From NCBI RefSeq assembly GCF_009914755.1, contig NC_060931.1: DNA of 64,000 nucleotides, one strand, 5' to 3'. Under the pieces are notes generated by a model, which saw nothing but the letters and a program-made list of their open reading frames with translations, ran no database searches and was not told the DNA's origin. The translations under genes were made by a program, and so were the position numbers. The stretch comes from the human T2T-CHM13v2.0 reference genome, Homo sapiens. Below are positions 12,757 through 30,952 of the stretch, piece by piece (positions within the stretch are counted from its first letter, which is position 1; every line of letters begins with the position of its first letter).

Positions 12757-13809
12757 CTCCTTTTCTCAGAAACAGTGCCTGGAGAAGGGGAGGAGGAAAG
12801 GGTTGGAGGGAAGGGATGGACTTTGCCTGCTTCTTCTGTAATTAGCTAGATCTGTCTGCAAAGATGGGCACAGAAGGAGGGGTGCAGAATTGCAGGCTAT
12901 TTCTATAAAATCTCCAGTTCTTTATGTTTGCCCAACCAAACCCTGGCTTTCCCCTTACTTCTTTATTCAACTGGAACTTTATACCTTTTTGCCTCCCTTC
13001 CTGCACCCATTCACATATGACACGGTAACCTAAGGTATGATTATTTGGAGGGGTTTCAAGTCTAACTGCCCCATGTTTATAGAACAACCTATAATTACAA
13101 TTAATAGCAGATACCAATTCATGGCACAATTAATTCAAGCACAGAGGGACATCTGGGCAATGAGGTTTTTTTAAGATGACAAATGGATTCAAGTGAACTA
13201 ATGCGTGTGAAGTGTAGTGCTTAGCTGGTACATTTCAAGTGCTCAATACACATCAACTATTAGATCATTTACTTCATTACATATATTTGTGCACATAGAA
13301 AAATTATAAAGCTATTAGAACTAATAATGGAGCTCAGTTAAGTGTCAGAATAAAAGGCAAATGAACTAAAATAAATATATTTACTATGTTCTATCAATAT
13401 GCTCAAAGATGTAGTGAGAAAATTCCACCTAGGAAAGTTTTTTAAAAATGAAGCAAAACAAAATAGAGAAAAGTGAAAATGAGTAATGTACATAATAATA
13501 TTTATGATATGCATGACCTATATGAAGGGAAATATAAAACCTTATGGAGAAAAATACTGATGAATAAATGGAGAGATTCTTTGGTTAGAAGACTTCCTGT
13601 CTTAAAACTGTAGATTATTCACAACTAAAGGTATATTTTAACATAATCCAATAAAAATATTAATGGAAGTTTTTGGGGAAATCTTTGGATCATGTTCATC
13701 TGGAAAAAATTAAGAGATAAGATTATTCAATATCATTGGCAATTAGGAAAATACAAATTAAAACTACAATGTCATTTTTTACTTTTTGGAGAGTCACTCA
13801 CTTTACTTT

Positions 13810-14441
13810 TTAGGGTCTCACTCTGTGATATGGTTTGGCTGTGTTCCTACCCAGATCTCATCTTGAATTGTAACTCCCATAATACCCATGCATTCTGGGC
13901 AGAACCTGGTAGGGGGTGATTGACTCATGGGGGTGGGTCTTTTCCATGCTGTTCTCATGGTAGTGACTAAGTCTCACAAGATCTGATGGTTTTAAAAGAT
14001 GGGAGTTTCTCTGCACACGTTCTCTTGTCTTGTCTGCCACCATGTGAGATGTGCCTTTCACCTTCTGCCATGACTGTGAGGCCTCCCCAGCCACATGGAA
14101 CTGTAAGTCCAATAAACCTCTTTCTTTTGTAAATTGCCCACTCTCAGGTATGCCTTTATCAGCAGCATGAAAATGGACTAATACCCTCTGTCATCCAGGC
14201 TGGAGTGTAGTGGAGCGATCATTCCTTTATGCAGCCTTGACTTCCTGGGCTCAAGCAATCCTCCGACATCAACCTCCCTGGTAGCTGGGACTACCAGCAC
14301 CTGCCACCAGGCCTAGCTAATTTTTAAAAAAATATAATGTAGAGACAGAGTCTCACTCTGTTGCCCAGGCTGGTCTCAAAATCCTGGACTCAGCCATCCA
14401 CCCGCTTCAGCCACCCAAAGTGCTGAGATTACAGGTGTGAG
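13810..14441 (-). mobile_element. AluJ-like split by a THE1 LTR
   Basis: AGGGTCTCACTCTG | LTR | CTCTGTCATCCAGGCTGGAG. Confidence 0.85.
13826..14185 (+). mobile_element. THE1 solo LTR
   Basis: TGATATGGTTTGGCTGTG...GGACTAATAC; TSD CTCTG at 13821-13825 and 14186-14190. Confidence 0.93.
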
Positions 14442-14595
14442 CAAAAATCACAATGTTATGGCACAACTATGAGAACAGCTAAAATAAAAAATAATCATGG
14501 CAAATGCTGACAGGAGGCAAAGAAACTGTATCTCTCATACATTGTTGGTGGTGGCAAAAAATGGTACAGCCACTGTGAAAAGCTGTTTGGCAGGG

Positions 14596-14884
<289 letters not shown>

Positions 14885-15341
14885 GGTTTTTAATAAAACT
14901 AGACATACATTCACCATACTATCCAGAAATTGCACTGTTGGGCATTTATCCCAGATAAATAGAAACAATATTCACACAAAAACTTGAACACCAATGTTCG
15001 TAGCAGCTTTGTTTGTAACAGCTCCAAAGTGGAAACAGTGTCCTTCCATAAATGAGTGGTTAAACAAACTGATACAATGGAATACTGTTAAGTTATAAAA
15101 AGGAATCAGCTGCGGATACACACAAAAACCTGGATGCATCTCAAGGGCATTATGCTTAGGAAAAAAAAAAAAGTCAGTCTTAAATGGTTATATAGTCCAT
15201 GATTTAATTTATAGAATTTTTTTAAATGTCAAAACTATAGAAAAGATTAGTGGTTGCCAGGGGACTCTGGTGGAGATGGTACAAATATAAATGGTAAGAC
15301 AGGGGAGAGAGTTCCTTTGTGGGATGGGGCAGGTCTGTGTC

Positions 15342-15640
15342 TTTTTTTTTTTTTTTTGAGACAGAGTCACCTTCTGTCTCCCAGGCTAGCGTGCAGTGGC
15401 ATGGTCTTGGCTCACTGCAACCTCCACCTCCCAGGTTCAAGCCATTCTCCTGCCTCAGCCTCGTGAGTAGCTGGGATTACAGGCACCCACCATCACACAT
15501 GGGTAATTTTTGTATTTTTTAATAGAGGTGGGGTTTCGCCATGTTGGCCAGGTTGGTCTCAAACTCCTGACCTCAGGTGATCCACCCGCCTCAGTCTCCC
15601 AAAGTGCTGGGATTACAGGAGGGAGCCACCGTGCCTGGCC
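15342..15640 (-). mobile_element. AluS-like
   Basis: Dimer; TSD TCTGTGTCTT. Confidence 0.92.
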
Positions 15641-15922
15641 AGCTCTGTGTCTTGAGTGTGGTTATGTCTCATGAATCTGTGCATGGGATAAAACTGCATA
15701 AAACATCACACACACAAGCACACACGAGTGAATGCACGTAAAAATGGTGAAACAGAATCATGTTGGTTGTCTACTTAGCAGTATTATAACAATGCCAATT
15801 TTCTGGCTTAATATTGTCCTATGTTATATAAAATGTCACTGTTGGGAGACGATGGATAAAAGTTACGATATGTATAACTTCCTGTGTATCTATTATACAA
15901 CTATTATAAAGTAAAAAGTTTT

Positions 15923-16290
15923 GGGCCAGGTGCGGTGGCTCTTGCCTGTAATCCCAGTGCTTTGGGAAACCAAGATGGGAGGATTGTTTGATTCCAAGAG
16001 TTTGAGGTTACAGTGAGCTATGATAGCATAGCACCACTGCACTCCAGCCTGGGCGACAGAGCAAGACTCTGTCTGTGCCCCCACCGCCCACCCCCCCAAA
16101 AAATTAAGTGGGCATGATGGTGCACACCCATAGTCCCAGTTACTTGGGAGGCTGAAGTGGGAGGACTGCTTGACCCCAGGTGTGTGAAGTTTCAGTCTGC
16201 AGTGAGCTATGATGGCACCACTGCACTCCAGCCTGGGTGAGAGAGCAAGACCCTGTCTCTAAGGAAAAAAGAAAAAAAAGAAAAGAAAAA
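15923..16290 (+). mobile_element. Tandem Alu monomer/AluJ-derived pieces
   Basis: Two Alu-monomer blocks separated by a C-rich linker. Confidence 0.75.
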
Positions 16291-16324
16291 AGTTTTAAAA
16301 TAAATAAAAAGGTAAGAATTAGGT

Positions 16325-16626
16325 TGGGCCCAAAACTCCTGGCTGTAATCTCAGCACTTTGGGAGGTTGAGGCAGGAGGATCTCTTGAGCCCAGGAGTCT
16401 GAGACTAGCCTGGGTAACACAGTGAGACCTCATCTCTACAAAAACTAAACAAAAAAATAGCTGAGTGTCGTGGCATGCCCCTGTAGTCCTAGCTACTTGG
16501 GAGGCAGAGGTGGAAGGATCACTTCAGCCAAGGAGGTAGAGGCCGAAGTGAGCTATGATCATGCCACTGCACTCCAGCCTGAGAGATAGAGCAAGACTAT
16601 CTTAAAAAAAAAAAAAAAAAAAAAAA
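16325..16626 (+). mobile_element. AluJ-like
   Basis: Dimer with A-tail; TSD GGTAAGAATTA. Confidence 0.9.
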
Positions 16627-16734
16627 GAGTGGTAAGAATTACAAAGAATTATGAGATTCAAAAAAAATATGAAGTTTAAAATAAGAAGATTGGTGTGATC
16701 TGATGCACCCTGGCACAGACAGAGCATATCATAA

Positions 16735-17207
<473 letters not shown>

Positions 17208-17430
17208 GGAAACTCTTTCTATATATAAGATAATGATGAAAGAAAAAGAAATTTGGGAAACTCCTTTGGAGCAAAATTTTGTTAAGTTTTTACCTTATAA
17301 TACACTCCCCAATAAATCCCAGATGTATTAAAGTGTCGAAGATAAAAGTAAGTTCACAATAAATTTGAATAAGTTAAATGATTGCTATAAAAAGAAAAAA
17401 ACTTACTATTCTAATCATATAAATCTATAG

Positions 17431-17770
<340 letters not shown>

Positions 17771-18391
17771 AAAACAGTATTCTATGAATATCTCAAACTT
17801 ATATCTGTGCAAAACATCATAAAAAACAACATAAATATTAAGGGGAAAGGGCTATTATCATTTCTTTATTTAAAATGATATTTAAATCTATAAGGAACAG
17901 AACATCTCAACGGAGAAATGTAAAAAGAACATAAATAGACAAATAACAAATGAGAAACAATTAAAATTGTTCAACCTAATAAGGAAACAAAGACATAAAA
18001 AATTAATGAAACACAAAAGTTGATTTTTCCTGATCAAATGTATGAAGAAATAAAACACAGACAATAGTATCAGGCAGTTTATGGTGAGAGTGTAGTTCTC
18101 CAAACAGCTGTTGAGAACATAAATTAATACCAATTCTGAAAAGCTTTCTGGCAATATGTATGATGCTCTTTTAAATTGTTTATGCCCTTTGCAGAGTGAT
18201 TTAATGCTGAGGAATCTGTCTCAAGAAAATAATCAGAGAGGTGGACAAAGACGTATGAACAAGACTATTCATATTTCTCTATTATTAATAAGCTAGTAGA
18301 GAAAATTAGAGAGAAACTAAATGTTCAACAGTAGAAGAATGGTTGGCTAAATTGAACATGTTCAAACAATCGATTATCACCCAGCCCCTAA

Positions 18392-18753
<362 letters not shown>

Positions 18754-18923
18754 TGACCTGGGAAAACGTTCCTGGTGAACAATACAGTCATCACTAGGTA
18801 TCTGTAGGGGATGGATTCCAGGATCCCTTGAGGACACCAAAATCCATGGATGTTCAAGTCCTTTACATAAAGTGACATAGTATTTGCATATAACGTACAT
18901 ACGTCCTCCTGTATACTTTAAAT

Positions 18924-19536
<613 letters not shown>

Positions 19537-19790
19537 TGGTGATCACTGCTTCAAATCACCTCTAAATTACTTAAAATACTTCATATAATGTAAGTGCCAT
19601 GTAAGTAGTTATTATACTGAATGTTTAAATGTATGTCATATTTCATGGTAGTGTTGTTACTCTTTATTTTTTGGAATACTTTCCATTCAAAGTTACAGAA
19701 AGCTGATTATATATGCATGATGGAAACAATATAAAATGGCAAATGAAGATACATGCAAAGCCATGTGCTAGCACATGCATACATATGTGC

Positions 19791-20468
<678 letters not shown>

Positions 20469-20784
20469 CATACACTCATATGTACAGACACACATACAAC
20501 TACATGCATAAAGCTTTATAAAAAGACATCAGACTATTTAGAGTGAGGCTATTCCTCTGTGGCAGTGGCTATTAATTTCTTCTTTGCCCTTTTAAGTATT
20601 TTACTAATATTATCCAACAAGAATAATTACCTTCCCAATAAGAAAGAGAAGCAAGCACTCAAGTGCATGAAGAGTGAGCAAGGAAAATGGCAAGATGGAT
20701 GTGTCAGATCTAGAACAAAATTAATTAAAAATAGATTCAAACTACATTTATGGATCATTTCATGAATACCAGGTCCTGGGCTAG

Positions 20785-21109
<325 letters not shown>

Positions 21110-21598
21110 TAGGGTCTGTTTTCTAACATACCCATTTCATATGCTGACCTGCCAGGAAGGTTTTCTCCCCATATTATGTATAATAATGACAGGTTCAGAG
21201 AGGTTGAGTCAGTGGCTCAGAGACTCCCAGCAGGCAGGCAACAGAGCAGGAACCAGACCCTTTCATGCTAATTTTGGTGACTTTTCCATGACTACTGCAC
21301 CATGTTCTATTCAGGTATTTGTTCAGACAGACTTGGTCAGGTTATAGCTGGTACGACTCAACCCAGTGGACAGGAGTGAAATTATTAGCTCAATTAAAAA
21401 GAAAAGATGGTTTGATGAAAACTTTACTACCAGACATAAACAAAGTGTTTAGAGCCTAGTCTCACAGACACACAGGAACTTGGAAACATCGATTTCACTG
21501 ATGATTTGTAAAGCAGGCATCAATTTAAACTTTTACTCTCCTGCCAGTTCAACTGTAAAAATGCAGCCGAAGCTCAGCTGTGGCCAGAGACACGGTAG

Positions 21599-22011
<413 letters not shown>

Positions 22012-22168
22012 ACTTTGTCTCTCTTTTTTATCTCCACCCTGAACCACAGTGCCTTCCATCTGCATTTTCTCTATGTTCAACTCTGTCCTGAACTTGTATC
22101 ACTGTGTCCCCCCAAAAGGGAGACATAAGCCCTCATAAGGGCTTTGCTAATGGAATAAACAAAAGCCT

Positions 22169-22609
<441 letters not shown>

Positions 22610-22622
22610 TCAAAAGATTTGG

Positions 22623-23097
22623 TGTAGTGGTTTGGAAATCAGGTCTGCAAATTCTATGCCATACTTCTTATCAAGAGGAGGGGTTTCTCTCTCATCTCCT
22701 CATGCTGAACTTGAGCAGGCATTTGTGATCACAGGAATTAATAGAATGTGGCAGAGTGATGCTGATGCATCAACATCAGGCTGAATGGGAGAAGGGCCAA
22801 CTACCTTCTGTGCTGTTTTCTAGGGATATTTGCTCTAAGCCCTGAGCTGCTGTGGAAGAGGTTGGGCTGGAGAGACCAACTCTTTGAGTCTTCCCCGAGT
22901 TCAGGTAACAGACATGCTAGTAAGCCAGCCTTCAGGTAACCCACCTTGGCCACAGTATGACCACAACGTCAGGAGAGACCTAGGTGAGAATCTAGCCGAA
23001 CCCATCAACCCCAGGAGATCATGATAAAATGATTGTCATTGTTTCATGCCACTCAGGTTTGGGGTTATTTGTTACACAGCAAGAGATAACTGAAACA
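22623..23097 (+). mobile_element. Old MLT1 (F/G/H-like) LTR
   Basis: Ends TTTGGGGTTATTTGTTACACAGCAAGAGATAACTGAAACA. Confidence 0.7.
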
Positions 23098-23506
23098 TCT
23101 GGATTCTGCCACCTGCAAACACTGGATGATAGATAACTGAGTCATGTTGCTTCTTTGCCAACTCCCCTTCTTCATTTGTAAAATGAAGATGATATTATCT
23201 CCTGTTAAATATGAGTTGCATATGAGATGACATGTGAAAAGTGGTTGGTAAATGGTTGCAACCTCTTCTAATGCTGACATTAGAAGGCATCTATCAGAGG
23301 CAGCAACTACTCTTTAGAAAACATATCCCTAATGATATGTTTCATTAGGAATTCAGGGAATAAGAGTTGGCTGGGACATGGAGCATGTTTAAGAGGCTCC
23401 TACTGAGTTCATATCCAATTGGCACATGGCAGAGCCACCCCACAAGCTCAGTGCTAAAAGAATGTCCATTTCTCTTCTTAGAAAATATATATTCTCTGTA
23501 ATTTCT

Positions 23507-23795
23507 GGGCCAGGCACAGTGGTTCACACCTGTAATCCCAGCAAACTTTGGGAGGCCAAGGTGGGCGGATCACCTGAGATCGGGAGTTTGAGACCACCCT
23601 GACCAACATGGAGAAACCCCATCTCTACTAAAAATACAAAATTAACCGGGCGTAGTGGTGCATGCCTGTAATCCCAGCTACTAAGGAGGCTGAGGCAGGA
23701 GAGTCACTGGGAGGTTGTGGTGAGCCGAGATCACGCCATTGCACTCCAGCCTGGGCAACAAGAGCGAAACTCTGTCTCAACAAAAAGAAAAAAAA
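23507..23795 (+). mobile_element. AluSp-like
   Basis: Long flanking duplication ATATTCTCTGTAATTTCT. Confidence 0.92.
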
Positions 23796-25031
23796 TACAT
23801 ATTCTCTGTAATTTCTAACAGAGTCCAGAGAAATGTGTCTGAAAATGTCTTGTTTCTTGATATAGCTAGTCTTCATTGTCCTTTTACTCATTAAGTGTCT
23901 TTCTTTTTCTTGATCTATTTATTCATTCAGGAGACTCACGTTGAATGCACTGTGCTTATTTTTTCATCTTGGATTGCTGTTTGCTCAGGAATAATCGAGG
24001 TGTGCTGGAGAGAGCTATGGCAGGTGGCCACATTTTTCAAGTGTGTTGTCTGCAGCACAAACTTTGATAGAGCCTCTTTATCTCACCTTTCCTGTCCTCT
24101 CCCTTAGGGATGAGCAGAGAACTCAAGTAGGAGAGCAGGCTCAGAGGGAAGCTGGGATATGCAGGGCTTTTGCTGGTGATTTAATGCTAATTTATCTCTT
24201 TTCAGTTACAAAGAGAGTATTGCTTTTCTCACCCTTCCTAGGGTAGAACCCCTTGCCTTGTAGCTGTCTTCCCTGAGTCTGGAGAGGGTGGTAAGGACTG
24301 GATCCTGGTGTGGTGATGCCAGCTCTTAAAAGTGTGGACCCTGGCCCACCCCAGTCCCTGTCTTTAGAACGGTGATGTGAGAGAAATGTAAATTCACTAC
24401 GCTTAAGGTAAAAAAGAAGCAGAGACTTCTTTTTTTTTTTTTTTTGACATCCTTCCTGAATGTGGTATAAATTTCAAGTGTCTGGCAGATACTCTTTGCA
24501 AAACAAGGCTAGCAGTTGTAGCTGCCTATCAACCTCCCTGTCGAGGACGTTTTTTCTCTCTAATTTTTATTCCTTAGGTTCAGGATCACCAGATTTCAGA
24601 AAGGCATTGGCCACCTTCTGTATCTTCCTTATTTTTCCCTCTCTCTCTCCTGCCCCTCTTTCTAGCCCCTTTTTCTTTGTACACCAAGTTCATCTACTTC
24701 TAACAAGGATTAGACTCTTGTAGAGTTCTAGAGAGGACAGAATGTGAGCTTCCAGAGGAGCTGATGTGTTTTCTCCCATGGCAAAAGATAGCTATAATTG
24801 TCTCTCCAGGTCAAAATAAAATTTCACCCAGAATTTTTATTTTTTGTTTGTTTTTTTATTTTTGTTTTTTGTTTTTTTTGTTTTATGTTCTTGTTTTATG
24901 TTTTTATGTATTTTTATTTTTGTTTTATGTTTGTCAAAATAACAGTAACATCATTATTAATCATAGTTTCTAGTGAGTGAAAATCAACTAAGTTCTTGCC
25001 CTGAAAAAAAAAAGTGACTATTTTGTCGTGA

Positions 25032-25484
<453 letters not shown>

Positions 25485-25759
25485 TGAACAAAACCCATTG
25501 AAAGGCCTTCTAGAACAATCAAGCTTGTTCTTCTTTGCTTAGTTTTAGGATGGTGCCAGACATGGTGTAGTTGTTCAATAAATATGTTGAAAGTCTTGGT
25601 ACAGAAACTATGTATATCTTCATCAATATTGTATTCCTGGGATCTAGCACAGTGCCTGCCACATACTATTTGAATAACTAAATGGATCTTCAATCTTCCA
25701 CTTCTGCAACAGCCTGTACCACCCTGTAACATCCCTGGTATAGCACGAAGCCTTCTGGA

Positions 25760-25985
25760 GAGGCAGTATAGCAGGTGGTTGGGAGACAGATTTGGAAGGC
25801 AAGTACACTGAGTATAAAACCCCATTCTATTACTTACTGACTGTGTGATCTTGGGTAAGTTACTTAACCTCTCTGTGACTTATAAGTAAAAAGTAGAAAA
25901 TAATGTGTACATCATAGGGTGTTGTGAATATTAAAAGGGCTCAAACATATAAACCATGAAAAAGAGGCAATGCTGGCCCACGGTA
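25760..25985. mobile_element. MIR
   Basis: CTGTGTGATCTTGGGTAAGTTACTTAACCTCTCTG core. Confidence 0.75.
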
Positions 25986-25987
25986 AG

Positions 25988-26405
25988 TGATATGGTTTGA
26001 ATATTTGTCCCCTCCAAATTTCATGTTCAAATATGACCTTCAATGTTAAACGTGGGGTCTGGCAGGAGATGTTTGGGTCATGGAGATGGATCCCTCATGA
26101 GTGGCTTGGTGCTCTTTCTGCAGTAATGAGTGAGTTCCCACTCTATTAGTTCATGTGAGAGCTGGTTATTTAAGTGCATGGCACCCCTCCCATTGTTCTC
26201 TCCAGTGCCCTCTCTTGCCATGTGACACATTGGCTGCCCTTCACCTTCCACCAGGAGTGGAAGCTTTCTGAGGTTCTTACCAGAGGCAGATGCTGGAGCC
26301 ATGCTTCTAGTATAGCCTGCAAAACCATGAGCCAAATAAACCTCTTTTCTGTAAATTACTCAGCCTCTAGTAATCTTTTGTAGCAACACGAACTGGACAA
26401 ATGCA
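25988..26405 (+). mobile_element. MSTB-like solo LTR
   Basis: TGATATGGTTTGAATATTTGTCCCC...; TSD GTAAG at 25983-25987 and 26406-26410. Confidence 0.88.
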
Positions 26406-26616
26406 GTAAGTAAAGATTCCACACACAAAACACATTCCACTCAGTGGCTGCACAGCTATCCCTACCCTTGGCTTCTCCTTCTGGCTTGGCCAAAATTGAC
26501 CCCTTCTTCCTCACTCCTGGATCCTAGCTCTTTCTCCAGAAAAAGAGAGAGGAAGTCTTAACTGCTCTTTCATGAAAAATCCCTTCAGATATCTAAAGAA
26601 ACCTAACATAACTCAG

Positions 26617-27700
26617 TGTTATAGGTGGAATGATGTCTCTTCCTGATACATTGAAGTCCTACCATCCAGGACCTCAGAATATGACCTTATTTGGAAATGG
26701 AGATGTAGATGTAATTAGTTAAGATGAGGTCTTACTTGGAGTATGGAGGGCACCCAATTCACTGTGACTGGTGTCCTCATAGAAGAGGAAAGAAAAAGTG
26801 AAGAGAGACACAAAGGGGTCACCCTGCGAGGACGGAGGCAGAGAGTGGAGGGATCCATCTAAAAACCAAAGAAGACCTGGGCTCCCACAGCTAAAAGAGA
26901 TAAGGAACAATCTCTCTGGAAGCTTTGGAGGGATGGGAGCTTAGAGATGAAGTGGCGTCATTGTCTGGGATAAATACCCGGGGTTCGTCGTCTCACGCCA
27001 AGGGAATCAAAGACGCAGACACAAGAAGTGGGTTTAGGAGCGGAGGTTTAACAGGCAAAAGAAAGAGGAAAAAAAACAGCTTTCTCTTTTGTGAGAAGGA
27101 GGGGTGCCCAAATGGGACTTTTGGCCCACAGTAGGGTGCACTGGATTTTATAGACAGGCTTGAGGAGGCAGTGTCTGATTTACATAGGGCCCAAAGATTG
27201 GTTGGACCAGGTGTGACGTTTACATAATGCACGAGGAAGCTGGCCACCCTGCCCTAATCTTATTATACAAATGGGGTCTTTTCCTGGCCGGTACCATGTT
27301 GCCTGCTCCTTACTGTACATGTGGCTGGCAAAGAGAAGGGAAGATGGAGTGGCCATGTTGAACGTGCCTAGTCCCAGGTAGCCTTTTCCTATTGGCACAG
27401 CTGCCCGCATTCACCCCTGCAAGCTTCCTGCTTGCTTGTGTATGTCTGCAGCTCGACTTCACAGGCTACTCTTTGTTAGAAAAGAAAATTATTTGGTGGC
27501 TCCTTTTCATTAAAAGGAAAATCTTACCAAGGACTTCCTTACCCTTACTATCTGCCTAAATAAGTTCTTTTTAACTCCTATATCACCGACCCCTTAATTT
27601 TGGGTCTCTGGACTCCAGAACCGTGAGAGGATAAACTAATGTTGCTTTAAGCCACCCAGTTTGCAGTGCGTTGATACGGTACCCACGTAAGACTATTCAG
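26617..27700 (+). mobile_element. MLT1B/C-like LTR split by an ERV1 LTR
   Basis: GACCTTATTTGGAAAT...; resumes TTTAAGCCACCCAGTTTG. Confidence 0.75.
26942..27585 (-). mobile_element. ERV1 solo LTR, MER61-family-like
   Basis: Minus strand starts TGATATAGGAGTTAAAAAGAACTTATTTAGGCAGATAGT. Confidence 0.7.
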
Positions 27701-27771
27701 TCTGCTTGACCATTTCTCAGATTTCTCACCCCAGGTCTTTTAACTATTTTTAACTGAAAACATTTTTTAAG

Positions 27772-27910
27772 GAGCTTGGCACGCTGTCCCATGCCTGTAA
27801 TCCCAGCACTTTGTGAGGTCAAGGTGGGAGGATCACTTGAGGCCAGGAGTTTGAGACCAGCCTGGATCACACAGCAAGACCCTGTCTGTACAAAAAAATA
27901 AAATAAAATG
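27772..27910 (+). mobile_element. FLAM / Alu left monomer
   Basis: Single monomer with A-tail. Confidence 0.8.
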
Positions 27911-28076
27911 AAACAAAAAATGTAAGGACAACAGTCAGGACCTCAAATGTTTTTCATGTGGCTTAATTTCTAGAACATCTCTTCATTCCAATCATTATTT
28001 TCTGAAATTAATCAGCATCTCTCTGTGATGTGTCTCCCAGCCCAGACTCGGGGGCATAAAGGGCGAGCAGAAAGAT

Positions 28077-29239
<1,163 letters not shown>

Positions 29240-29364
29240 TTAAATTATATATGTGGCTCACCCTTGATTTCTACTGGACAGCCTGTGCTACTCCCAGCTA
29301 CGGGAGAATCTGCGGCATCCTAACATTGGGCGGATGGTATTTCAGGAGGTGAAGGATCTTCAGC

Positions 29365-29383
29365 TTACAGCAGGGGGCACTGT
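29365..29383 (+). promoter_or_regulatory. Candidate CTCF site
   Basis: TTACAGCAGGGGGCACTGT matches the CCASYAGRKGGCRS core with one mismatch; motif evidence only. Confidence 0.45.
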
Positions 29384-30662
29384 GAAAAGCAGAAAAGCCA
29401 GGATGGACGTTAGGTTTTCCAACTTACTGGGCTGCATGCCTGTGTGTGTGAGTGCAGGCGTGCATATGTGTGCATGAATGTGTGTGCAAGTGAATGAATG
29501 TGTGTGATAGAACTTTCTTTCATTTTTGCTCTAGTCTTGCAGAAAACTCCCGGGCTGATTTTAGGGAGAAACTAGAACATTCTCTGCTTATTCATCAGGC
29601 CCCTACAAAAGCTCTACTTTAATGCCAAGGTAGCCCATCCTGCAAACCATCCACTACAGAGAGCATCAGGTCACCCCTTTAACAAGTGGTCCATGGCAAC
29701 AAATACTTTGTCATAGTGTATCCCAATGGGATTATCCCATTGGGTGGGATTTGAAGTGATCATCTCTACCACTTCAAATTTGTTTCACCTGGCCTCAACT
29801 CAGTCTATCCTGGGATAGGTCAGCCTGTTCCATACTAGTGTTCACTCCGTTTCAACCTAAGTCATGCTATTTTTCATATTTTTACACTTACTGAGATCCT
29901 GAAGCCCCTGAGCTGGACCTGTCGGGTTTTCCTTCAAGCATAAGACCTAGTTCTTGTCCAGGATCCTGCTTCTGATTTTTAAACTCATTTCCACCTACTT
30001 CAACTGTACCAACCCCTACTCCTGCCAGTGGAGGGGTTCCTGGCCTGCTTTAGGCCACACCTCAATGGATGCTGATATGTCCACAGGGGACCCTGGACAG
30101 CTAATGTACCTTAATGTGAACCTAGGCCTATCCAAGACCTGAGCAAATTCTTAGCCCTGAAAGACAAGACTCCCACCTGTGCTTGGGGTGGCAGGCCCAA
30201 GACTTTGCAGTTGACCCTCTTTATCTCAAATCTGTGTGATACAAGGGTCTCATCACTGTGCACGTCACCCCCTTCCGATCCCTGTCCTAAAACCCTGGCT
30301 GGCTTCAGATCAACTGGCTAATTACTCATGCTGTAATGATCAACCTGTCTAATTTATCACTTCTTTGAACATTTAATTAGCCAGCAGTGCAAGACAATTA
30401 GGTTCTGAATTAGGATAAATTAAATTGCTAGCTTAGCAGCTCTGAAGACATGGAAACTATAACCAATTACGTCTACAAAAAGATTTGACAGAACCATCAA
30501 AGAGCAAGAGCCTGACATGGGCCAACAGCCAGATGTGCCAAATATTCTGGAGAATCTCATGGAGCCAGTCGTTTTAGCTCAGAAAATAGAGAACAAAATC
30601 TGGAAGAGAAAAAAAACCTCTGCATGGAGCAGAGCTTCTGGTCTTCTTCAATTAAAAAAAAA

Positions 30663-30952
30663 TTTTTTTTTAGAGACAGGGTCTTGCTTTGTCACCCAGG
30701 CTAAAGTGCAGTGGTGCAATTATAGCTCACTGCAGCCTCGAACGCCTGGACTCAAGTGATCCTCCTGCCTCAGCCTCCTGAGTAACTGGGACTATAGGTG
30801 CACCATGCCCAGATAATTAAAAAATTTTTTCATAGATACAGTTGTATCTTGTATGTTGTCCAGGCTGGTCTTGAACTCCTGGCCTCAGGTGATCCTCCGG
30901 CCTCAGCCTCCCAAAGCGCTGGGATTACAGGCACGAAGCACTGAACCCAACC
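30663..30952 (-). mobile_element. AluJ-like
   Basis: Dimer, reverse orientation. Confidence 0.9.
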
